NCBI GenBank assembly: GCA_964199315.1
Contig: OZ116698.1
Span: forward strand, 17,174,001-17,238,000
Direction: 5' to 3'
From: Orbicella franksi
Lineage: Eukaryota
DNA: 64,000 nucleotides
Shown: piece by piece, positions 17,401 to 27,900 of the stretch
Layout: the number at the start of each line of letters is the position of its first letter
Numbering within the stretch: the first letter of the stretch is position 1
Notes under the pieces: generated by a model
Told to the model about the DNA's origin: nothing
What the model saw: only the letters and a program-made list of their open reading frames with translations
Databases searched by the model: none
Program-made: the position numbers and the translations under genes

Positions 17401-20400
17401 GATGGTTTGGTCATGTACTGAGGATGCTCATAAAGAGATAACCAAAGTTGCCTTGGGGTGGACTGCAACTGGGAGAAGAAAGAGAGTCAGGCCAAAAACC
17501 ACCTGGCAGAAGATGGTGTTGAAGGAGCTGGAATAGATGGGACAGCACAGGCTAAGGCATGGCACAGGGTTCAGTGGCAGGGTATCATTGCAGCCTTATG
17601 TCCCAGCTGTGACTAAGAGGTTAAGTAGGAAAATGTGATGATGAAGCACTCTCACCTGTCTCAGCGCAATCAGTTTTCCTATGATATTGGACTCATTCTT
17701 TATAAACTCTGTGATACATGATGACAGAGATGGGTCTAAGTGAGCAAGTGTTTGGCTAATGAGTGTGCACAGCACAGTTCCAGGCTCATTAAAGACTTGC
17801 CCACACCATGTCACCTGTAAAAATGTATACTTAGAGATTACTAGAAATAGCTCAACTAGTGATTCGCATTTTGTTGTTTGTCTATCACTAGTTTGGTGTA
17901 CAAATATTTGTAGCATGTTCTCACTACAGTATTGACTAATGATGTATAAACAAATATTATGATCAGCTTGCCTTATTGTGGAGATTTTATAGGAGCTACA
18001 TCTCAACATGTAAATTACAGTTGGATTTCAGTATGATTTTCTACGGATAACAACTAGTTTTTCAGATGGAAGATTTTAATGGTAGGTGGTTAATGACATG
18101 CTACTGTTCTGTTATTCCTGGTTTACACTGTAAGTATAGGTTCATAAAACTTGATTTGGCCACAGTAGGAAAATTTTGCTTTCATTTTAGTCACGTACTT
18201 GGTAGCATAGTTGATTACATCAATGTCAACCCAAGTATGCACTTGGTGTGTGTTACACCATGTAAATATGTCACACCTTTGCACAAGCACCTATTGCACA
18301 GCATGCACAACCATGTAATTAGCATAGAGCACAACCACCACACTTTTGTATAAATTAGGCGGTTATCTGAATTAAAAACGTTCAGTTTTCCATATCCTAA
18401 ACCGAATAAATAACATGTGTAAACCATGCCATATTCACGCAAACTACTGTATGATCCACAGTCCAAAATCATTTAAGTCTGACTTGTTCTTGGATTTTTA
18501 AACAACTATTCAATAGAACAAGATTCATTGATAGTCTTGTTCACAGTGTACCTCTGTGTGCCAGGTGGAAAGGATAACATCATAGAATGTTGATAGCCAC
18601 TCCAGCATTGATTTATTTGGATCCTCAACACGAACTTCATTCCAAGTCTTTTGGAGTTTTGTCTGTCGATTTAGAGTTTGCAGATAAATTATCAACCTAT
18701 AGCACTGCTTGGAAGTACTGTTTTTCTTTGCTTTTGTTTACATTACACACTGCAATAAACAATTTATTGTAATAAACATGACTGGGCAACTTAGAAAATG
18801 TTTATAAATGAAACTGCAACATAATACTATATGTTTGTCATGATTTTAATTATTAGAAACTGATAATTCAATGTTGAGTTACTACTATAGCTAACCTTGT
18901 GGCATCTGATGTAATAATTCTGAAGCTGATCCAGCCTTTCAATGTTTGAAAATATTTTAACATATTCTTTGGTGTCATCTGCAACAAAGTAATAAAGGAA
19001 CTTGGAGCATGCATTCATATCATGGCACATGTAAAATCACAAGCAAATTATATGATTTATTGATTTTGATCCATATGAAAAAAAGCTTTCAAAACTACAG
19101 ATACTTCAAACACACCAAGCTGCATTTCAGCCAAAGCAAGAAACTAACAAAACTCAATAATTAACATTTTTTCCTGAGAAGGATACAATGTACCCTGTGA
19201 GCCCTTAGAAAAAACCTACATTATACAATACAATACATATGATGCTTTTTTAAAGACATTATCTTTACCAAGAGAATGATTATTAAAAGCAGACACGATC
19301 TTAGGACTTAGAAGTGCCTCCAGCCGGTTCTTCAGTCCTTCAAGGAGTCGACGCCTCTGAGCATAATCAGGGACATCTTGTAAGACAGTCTATTAATAAA
19401 AAGAGATAAGTAAACTACTTGGACATTTATTGCATGACTGTGATGTCTAACAGTCAAGCTTGTACTATAAACTTGCACTTAATAGTGTAGAAATATTCCA
19501 GTATAGAGATTCCAGGGCTTGACACTAACGGCAGCCAACTAGCCACAGACTAGTAGAAATTTAGTTTTGGCTAGTAGGTTTTCGATTTCCACTAGCCACT
19601 TTGGCTAGTCAACAAAATGAAATTGGCTGAACTAGTTTCTGTCTCCTTTAAGGACGACAAACACAAAATTTACACTTTTCTCGGAAACAAGGTCAGAATT
19701 TCATTGTGGACATATGGAAATTTTTTTTATGCACAAAATAGTGCAGAACTGTAAAGGGATAACATTTCATTTAGCATAGTTCAATACATGGGTGATTTCT
19801 GGTTGTATGCATACTTACAAACTTGACACTACAGAAATAATTAGATGAGAAAGATTTATTTCCTTCAACATTTAAACCAGCCATTGTTTGCAGTCAAATT
19901 TTCCAATGATGGTTTACAGTATTGTTCAGATAGTTGTTTTACTTTTGAAACATTTCTATGGCGCCTGTCTGTGAAGAAGTCTCAACAGTTTTTACAGTGA
20001 TGTCTTGGGGGTCTCGATATTTTTCCAAGAAAGTCTCAGAGAAAAACAGAGTCCTGAAAGTCTTTTCAGGAACTGGAACTTTTTTGAAACTAATTTAAGT
20101 AGAGTATAATTATTACCAACGTTATGTATTAAACAGAATCGCTTGCATTGTGCTTTCAAGTCTTATAGCAATTCTGTTTTTATTGGACCTACCTGAAATT
20201 TTTGCGACACATTAATTTTGCGAATTTCACGATTTAAAAAAAATCCCAAAATTAAAGTGACATGAATAAGTAAGTGTCGGGAACATAACACATTATGTTA
20301 CTGTTGACATACAGAACCACCATTGCGTTTTTGTTACTTTTGACATAATAATTTGTACCTTTGATAAAGTCAGTTTACTAAATTCAAAGACATGTTTAAG

Positions 20401-23400
20401 TAACATTGCCAAGGAAATAAATTTTGTGTTACTCAAAAACGTGAGGTTAAAGTGATTCAAAATACAAAATTTTAGCAAAATTGCCGCATTTAAGTGTCAC
20501 AAAATATGTGCACCCCTAAATTGTGAAATAAACATGTCGCGAAAATTTCATGTAATAAGGTAGCCAACCTCCACGCTTGCCTAGTAAAAAAAAGGTTTTG
20601 GCTAGTAATATCTAAGATATCACTAGCCACTAGGCTAGTAAGTTGAAAAGTTAGTGTCAAGCCCAGGATTTAAACCATTAGAAAGAAAAAACTACATGTA
20701 ACCAAAGGTAAATCATACCACAAGGAATATATAATTACATGTATGTACTTACCAAACTCTTGTGCATTCCTTCAAGCTTTGCTGCTATCTAAAATTGGAA
20801 GGCAAAGATCAATTACTTAGGATTATCATTTTAACTAGTTTTAAAACAAAGAAAGGTTTCCTAAACAAAGTACAGAAATGCCCAAAATTTGTACAAGAAG
20901 CAGTGCAACATGTACAACATTTTTTATACTCACAGCCTTAACATCCCCTGATTCAAAAACTTTATCCACATCAGATGACAGCACTGTCCAGTTATCTGCT
21001 TCCTAAAAGTAAAATTGCATCAAGAACTGAACAAAAAGTTTCCTTTACCCTTTAATTCCTAAATGTGGTCTCATTCTAGTATCAGTAATACTTCAAAAGG
21101 TGGGTAAACAGGTGATAAAAAATAACAAAGTCAAGGTAGTTAACTGGGAGAGAGTTAAAGTTTGCTACATGCATCTCGAACTTGATGACTTTAAGCTCCC
21201 CACTATCTCAAAACCTATAGAAATGCAAATCATTTTCCATTGGTTAAATTATGAGCTTTTGAGAATCATCTTCCTTTAGAGGCAACATATATGGTGTCTT
21301 GCAACAGGGTTTTTTATCAAAGGGGGCTGTTATTGTAACCCAGTGACAGCTGACCTGACAAGGGTGTAGGGAACACCCCCTTATACTGTAGCTCCAGCAC
21401 AACAGCATGGCTGTTACCATCTTGTAGACCTGTACAGATGGTAACAGTCACCATCCATCATGTTACCATCTGTACAGCTGTACCATTTTGCCCAGTTAAC
21501 AAGTCTGGAACCATTGACTATTCAACTTGTACAGTGTAACAAGGACAGAAGGTCACTGAACAACACCTGTCCCAGCTTTTGAGAAGTGAGAAGTAAGCCT
21601 TAGGACACTTTAATGTTAACATTTTACAGTATTCAGGTCAGTATATTAACAGTTTACAGTAGGATATACACTATACCTTCAAAGCCCTTGATGCATCCTG
21701 CATTCTTGTTTTCACTGTGTCAATCTCCATCAACATCTTCATTGACTGGGCTGTGTTTTCTTCAACCTTAAAAGTAATAGTCAATTAATTATTTAAAACT
21801 ACAGCATGTTGAAGCTACAATACAAAGTGTTACGGTGTTTATGTACATGTACATATGTATATATAAATGACTGGAATAGTCTGAATAAGTGTTCCTCCAC
21901 TAAAATGTCACCCCCTGACCTATGTTTGCAGAATTATAATTTCAAAATGACACTCTCATGGGTTGAAGACCTGTTAATTCACATAAGTTGGATTTCACTG
22001 TGTGCAGTACTTATCAAACATGATTTACTTACTATATTATAGCACATTTAAATGATTGTATTTTTAATTTCAAGAGCCTCGATATTACCACTCGGATGTC
22101 CTCCTTCACAAGATTCATTTGTTCTTTCAGCAGCGATGCATCATGGCGTATGTTCTCTATCTCTCTCAGAACTCTGATGGGTGAACAAAAGTGATCTAAG
22201 ATTGTAATTTATAATGTCAAGCAATTTTCAATGACCTATAGTAATCATGACTAACTAAAGGCTCAATCTGTTCTAAAAAAAACTGAAAATTAAATAACAT
22301 TTTATAGAGTACATGTATATTCATCAATAAAGTGAATAAAGAACTTCATCTTTCGGGGAAAGATTATTAATTTTTTTTTTCATTCTTTGATTCTCGTAAT
22401 AATTCCAACAGTTCTCTTATACTATTGTGCCAATAGTACCGTACCTTGGAATGTTGTTCACTGATTGATTGCTGGTTTCCTCCAAGGCATTGTTAACTTC
22501 CTAAAAATAAAGTACCACATTTTATGTTGAAATACCAGGAAAGAAAGTTATCACACAAAAAACAGAATTGTGCAACATTGCTATAATTTATAACTGTAAA
22601 TAATATAAATCAGGAATGCCAATTTGTGAATATTAACATGAAAATAAAAATATTTCCATGCTAGTCCATTACAGGGTCACCCCAATATTAGTACTGTATT
22701 TGATATGCTGTTACTTATACCTCTACTTTATAAACCTGAGTAAACACGGGCACTGAGAGAGTCAACTGTCCTGCCCATAACTCAATGTCCCTAACCTATA
22801 AACCTGAGTGAACACAGGCACTGAGAGAGTCAACTGTCCTGCCCATAACTCAATGTCCCTGACCTATAAACCTGAGTGAACACAGGCACCGAGAGAGTCA
22901 ACTGTCCTGCCCATAACTCAATGTCCCTGACCTATAAACCTGAGTGAACACAGGCACCGAGAGAGTCAACTGTCCTGCCCATAACTCAATGTCCCTAACC
23001 TATAAACCTGAGTGAACACAGGCACCGAGAGAGTCAACTGTCCTGCCCATAACTCAATGTCCCTGACCCATAAACCTGAGTGAACACAGGCACCGAGAGA
23101 AACAACTGTCCTGCCCATAACTCAATGTCCCTGACCCATAAACCTGAGTGACCACAGGCACTGAGAGAGTCAACTGTCCTGCCCATAACTCAATGTCCCT
23201 AACCTATAAACCTGAGTAAACACAGGCACCGAGAGAGTCAACTGTCCTGCCCATAACTCAATGTCCCTGACCTATAAACCTGAGTGAACACAGGCACCAA
23301 GAGAGTCAACTGTCCTGCCCATAACTCAATGTCCCTGACCTATAAACCTGAGTGAACACAGGCACCGAGAGAGTCAACTGTCCTACCCATAACTCAATGT

Positions 23401-24705
23401 CCCTGAACTATAAACCTGAGTGAACACAGGCACCGAGAGAGTCAACTGTCCTGCCCATAACTCAATGTCCCTGACCTGGGCACCAACCTGGACAACTTAA
23501 TCTGGAATTCCACACTCTAACCTGACATTACATGAGTGCCACTGTATAGCATGGCTTCCTAAATAGTCAGTCTTGGGACTTGGTAACTCTTGGATAATGA
23601 ACACAATAGCCCCCATTTGACTTTAAAAATATGCTCAGATATTTGTCCTTGGACATTATCTGTTTCTACAAAGTTCATGTTTTTTCTCAAGCTCTGCTCT
23701 CAGGAAACTGTTTGCTTCTTAAATCAGATAATGTCTGCAGACAAATATATGCGAGCATATTTTCATGCCAAGTGGAGGCTGTTGTTTATGCATTATCAAG
23801 GCCACTGCAGGTAAAGAGAATGTACTACATGTACAGTACAGTGTATCTGTTTGTGAGTTTAAGTTGGCCTTTTTTACAAACCTGGATAAATAACTGTAAT
23901 TTCATGACCAAGTTTGACGCATGTGCCTGAAAGAAAAATAGCTAAACTAATTCAAACGTTTCATTAGGAACTACGTCTAATCAACCACTTTCAGAGACAA
24001 CACTTCATGCAATCTTTCCCCACAACAGCAATCTTCCTCAGAACTGAAACTACGTGATTTTGTCATTTGATCATTTTTGCAGATCATGGTGAGATTCATG
24101 TAGGTGAAAATGCTTCAAACTTACTATCAAGAACCTTCATGCAGGTCTTAACAACGTTTTCTTTAACAATTAAAAACTATTAAAACACTGTCACGAAAGC
24201 CAGGTTAGGTCCCCTTCAACAATTCCTCTTCATGAATAGTAATGTTTTGAGAAGCCCTTTTCCTCTTCCCAAGATGATAAATAATTTACCATAATGCACT
24301 TAATCAACGACGAGTAAGTATCCAGAGTAAGTCATACAGTGTATATTTCCGTCGTTTCATATATATATAAGAACTAACATATTTCATTTTATAGTCTATA
24401 ATCAAACTAAGGTACTTACTACATTGCCACCTCAAAAATAAACGTTAGATTTTCCATGCGTAGTAACAGATTACATGAAATGACATTTCAAAAAGATACT
24501 CGATCAGCACATCTCCAATATATGCGCTTACAAACAGCTGAACATCATGCAGTAATCTATGGATCATGCATAAACAACAGTAAGCTTACACGTCGCAAAC
24601 CATAAAACTTACGTCAATAGGCGTTCGATCATCGCGGATTCTGAGCGCCGAATTCACCCACTCTTTAACATCAAAGTTCTCATCAGAGAACTTGGAAAAG
24701 TCCAT
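5422..24705 (-). CDS. COG7: Conserved oligomeric Golgi complex subunit 7, complete, 761 aa
   Basis: 23 GT-AG exons in consistent phase: 24613-24705, 23882-23926, 22445-22500, 22089-22173, 21677-21766, 20934-21002, 20753-20788, 19269-19389, 18896-18978, 18552-18662, 17656-17814, 17063-17114, 16817-16944, 16350-16424, 15983-16048, 15636-15798, 14910-15119, 8213-8346, 7582-7671, 6948-7062, 6307-6441, 5837-5927, 5422-5500 (2286 nt). The protein begins [45 protein letters not shown] and includes [30 protein letters not shown] and [10 protein letters not shown], colinear with human COG7. AATAAA lies at 5393-5388. Confidence 0.96.
5667..5756. repeat. (AGAC)n/(AGGC)n tetranucleotide microsatellite in COG7 intron 22
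   Basis: Directly visible. Confidence 0.9.
6485..6569 (-). mobile_element. 5'-truncated RTE-clade LINE 3' end
   Basis: Minus strand encodes [22 protein letters not shown], typical of an RTE C-terminus, followed by a (TAAG)n tail. It is flanked by the 12-bp direct repeat ATCAAAATACTT (6473-6484 and 6570-6581). Confidence 0.7.
7800..7882. repeat. (CAT)n/(AAT)n microsatellite in COG7 intron 18
   Basis: Directly visible. Confidence 0.85.
9785..10109. mobile_element. 325-bp MITE, PIF/Harbinger-like, copy 1
   Basis: Perfect 15-bp TIR GGGTGCTTACCATTT/AAATGGTAAGCACCC and a 3-bp TSD TAT inside a minisatellite unit. Confidence 0.85.
10654..10978. mobile_element. 325-bp MITE, copy 2, 869 bp downstream of copy 1
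   Basis: Nearly identical to copy 1 (two substitutions seen), with the same TSD and the same flanking repeat variants. Confidence 0.85.
17365..17623 (+). mobile_element. Decayed RTE LINE 3' fragment in COG7 intron 11
   Basis: Reads [51 protein letters not shown], the RTE C-terminal motif set, with stops and frameshifts. Candidate TSD AGTAGGAA at 17357-17364 and 17624-17631. Confidence 0.75.
19513..20666. mobile_element. Non-autonomous DNA transposon (~1.15 kb) in COG7 intron 7
   Basis: 17-bp TIR CAGGGCTTGACACTAAC / GTTAGTGTCAAGCCCAG with one mismatch, plus subterminal CTAGCCAC/GGCTAGT repeats at both ends. The TSD is unclear. Confidence 0.65.
20190..20562. mobile_element. MITE nested in the element above
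   Basis: Inverted ends TACCT..GAAATTTTTGCGACAC / GTCGCGAAAATTTCATGTAATAAGGTA; the left end is partly deleted. Confidence 0.5.
22731..23476. repeat. 68-bp tandem repeat, 11 copies, in COG7 intron 2
   Basis: Unit TAAACCTGAGTGAACACAGGCACCGAGAGAGTCAACTGTCCTGCCCATAACTCAATGTCCCTGACCTA recurs every 68 bp from 22731 to 23411. Confidence 0.95.
23593..23797. mobile_element. ~200-bp palindromic MITE, decayed
   Basis: The arms ..AATAGCCCCCATTTG..AATATGCTCAGATATTTGTCC..GGACATTATCTG and CAGATAATGTC..GACAAATAT..GAGCATATTTTC..AGTGGAGGCTGTTG are reverse complements of each other. Confidence 0.6.
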
Positions 24706-24991
24706 TTCGTTCGGACAAAACAAAGCAAAATATAAAAGAAAACAATAGTGCCAACTCACAACACATTTGCCGCCATTTTGAAATACAGGTACGTACGTGG
24801 TATAACGATCATATAGTGGTCATCCGGTGGTCGGTTTGCTCTATTTGATACCAGGCGATGCTTACACCACATGGTTACCCAGCTCAGAGAGTTACCGCTG
24901 TTCCCTGAGTGCTGCCCAGTCTCCAACCGTTTCAAAATGGCGGCTGAACTGCGTGCATTCCATATGTAGGTTCACTTTAGCTGAAAAAAAG
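24706..24991. promoter_or_regulatory. Bidirectional promoter shared by COG7 and EXOSC2
   Basis: The two start codons are separated by 286 bp and the interval is CpG-rich. An inverted pair of TTTCAAAATGGCGGC (YY1-type) lies at 24783-24769 (minus) and 24930-24944 (plus). Confidence 0.8.
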
Positions 24992-27900
24992 ATGTCTGTG
25001 GACGCAAGATTACCAAAGAAAAGGAAAAGAATATCAGCTTTATCTGGGTTTGAGCCAAGGCATATTGTATCCCCTGGAGATGTCATAACAGAAGACACTG
25101 GATACATGAGGTAATCAAAGACATCAAACTGCTGCTGTGAATAGTCCGTGTGCGATTGACAATTTTTGAATTGAAGATAGAGCTTATCGTTACTTCAAGA
25201 CTAAGTTAGTTTGTATAAATTCCGAGATGGCATCTGCAGTATCCACATAATATCAGTTTCTAATTTTCAAAATTTGTGAAAACTGGATAAATTATAAGCT
25301 TATATCAAATAGCTTCAATAGAAACATTTCCCAAAACTGTAGATATACTTTGACTAGCTTGCTCTTTTGAATTTCAGAAGGGCTATTGTAGAATGAAGTG
25401 CAGGCATTATAAAGGACAGTGAAACCTCTATTAAGCAGACCCCAAATTAAGCAGACACCCTCTATTAAACAGACACTTAGCCTGGTCCCGAAATTAACAT
25501 GTTATATTTCTCTTTATAACGAACCCCTCTTCAGCGGACACCTCTAGTAAGTAGACACGGACACTAAAATAAATTGTATTTGGCTAATTTCTATTATTAA
25601 AAACCTCTACTAAGCGGACACCGGACTGAATTGACAATGTGGCATTGGATTATGTCCTTGAAATAGTCGATTAAATGTACCTGTGTTATCGTTGCTGTAT
25701 GGAAAGGGCATTATTACAAACAAATTAAAGTTGCTAATGAAATCTGATGAAACTGAACTCTGGATAGCTTCCTTAGAAACCTGGAACTTTATTACAGTAC
25801 AGAGGAACCATTGAATGTTAATTGTTCACAACATTGTGCAATTGTGATAAACCTTTATTAAGCGGACACCCTCTATTAAGTGGACACTTGGGAAGGTCCT
25901 GAGGGTGTCTGCTCAATAGAGGTTTCACTGTAGTACAGATTTCAAGCTGAGGTGGAATATTTTCCTCTTTAGGGGCCATGGTACTCATGTCGATGGTGAC
26001 AAACTGATAGCTTCAGTTGCTGGGGTAGTTGAGAGAGTGAACAAATTGATCTGTGTACGACCATTTAAAACAAGGTATACCATCACTTATAATAAAGGAT
26101 TTACCACCTTGGTTTGCACCTTTGGCCCTCCATAAACTTTCTCTTCAGTGCTAATACTCCTTGAAAAATGCACACTGTACCCCTGTTAACAGTACTACAT
26201 GTATCAGCCTGTGAGGCACTCAGGTGCAGAAGATCAAAGAAGGGAACTGAACAAGTGTAAAGGGAGAAGAGAAGGAACAGTGCACATACCAATGCATTAA
26301 TCAGTGTGTTCTTGAAGAGCACGCCATTGACCAACTGTTGCAAAAGGCCTATTACTGCTATTAATAAATAATTTTGGTTTGATTATTGCAGTAGAGTTGA
26401 TGTTTTACATTACAGGTACAATGGAGAAGTGGGGGACGTTGTTGTTGGTAGAATTACAGAGGTGAGCAGAAATCTACAGTATAAAAGATTGGCCAACTAC
26501 TGCATAGAATAGCAAATGATGGTCACAATGCAACAATTGGCATTGGTTGTAATCATTGTATCTTCAAGGAGCTATGTCATCATGGATTGTTTAATTGCAA
26601 GTTTTTGGTTCAAAATCAGTCTGTTTTCTTCAATAGCCCTTTTCACAGGTAACATTATTCATTTGCATTACAATGTAATCCAACATGGATATGAGGCAAT
26701 TTTGGGCAGAAACTACAAAATTGCCCAGAAGTGCCTCGCATACTTGTTGGCGTATTCTGTAAATGTAAATGAGAAAGGTTGACTGTAAAAAGGCAATTAC
26801 AACCTTCTTTGTTGTTCTTTGGTCTGTTAAACATTTTATTTTTACCAAAGGTGCAGTAGTGGAGTTTTATACAGAGGTGATACATGTTACTGATTTTTTT
26901 TGAAGGTTGGACAGAAGAGATGGAAAGTGGAAACCTTTTCAAGGCTGGACTCTGTTTTGCTTCTTTCCTCAGTAAATTTGCCTGGTGGTGAACTGGTAAA
27001 AAACACATTCCCTAATTCCTGTTTATGCTGTTAATTATTTTCTCATAAGTTTCCACCACTACAGTGAAACATAGGTACACCATAGATGTATACTAATAAT
27101 AATAAAGAACCCATTTATAATGAGTTTCCATCATAGAGGACAATAATCTTCAGCTTGGGCCCAGCTTAGTTTGACTGTTTGTTTTCCAACAGAGGAGACG
27201 ATCTGCTGAGGATGAATTGATGATGCGTCATTTCCTTGCAGAGGGTGACCTGATTAGTGTATCCTTTTGAAATCTACTTTTCTCTGAGTCTTAAATTTAC
27301 AATCAGCTTCATTAGCATTCTCCTTGACTACAGTCCAGGCAGAAGTGCAGTCAGTCTATAGTGATGGCTCACTTTCATTACACACTCGCAGTCTCAAATA
27401 TGGAAAGGTTGGTATGGACAGACACATTTTCGAAAAAATATGCCACAGATGTAATAGTGAAAAAGAGCATAATAATAATCATCAGTCCTTTAGATGCCAA
27501 GTGGCCAGCCTCCAACAAATTTTGACTTACATCTCGTTCCACTTCTCAATTAAATATTTAGTTTCAAATGATTTTTTTTAACATTTCACTTCTGTACACA
27601 ATCTACCATTAATAGCTTCAGACGTTTCATTTTTCTTGCTCACTCTCCTCTCTTTCCCATAACGTTCAATGATTTAGTAGATGATTGTGCCTTCCACTTC
27701 ACAAACAGTAGCACCTCTGTTGTCACCATTTATTTTGATATCGTACTGGTGTTGCAAACTCATAATTTATGGTATTCTAGGGTCTAAACGTTACCTCCGA
27801 GCAAGCTTCGCAGCTTGAAAAAGACTGACATGAACTGATGCCCTGTGCTCCACTTGGCGTCTAAAGGACTGATGATGATGACGATGATGATGATGATGTT

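Noticed and set aside
22731-23476. CRISPR-like array
   Set aside because: The units are contiguous with no unique spacers, the context is a eukaryotic intron, and there are no cas genes.
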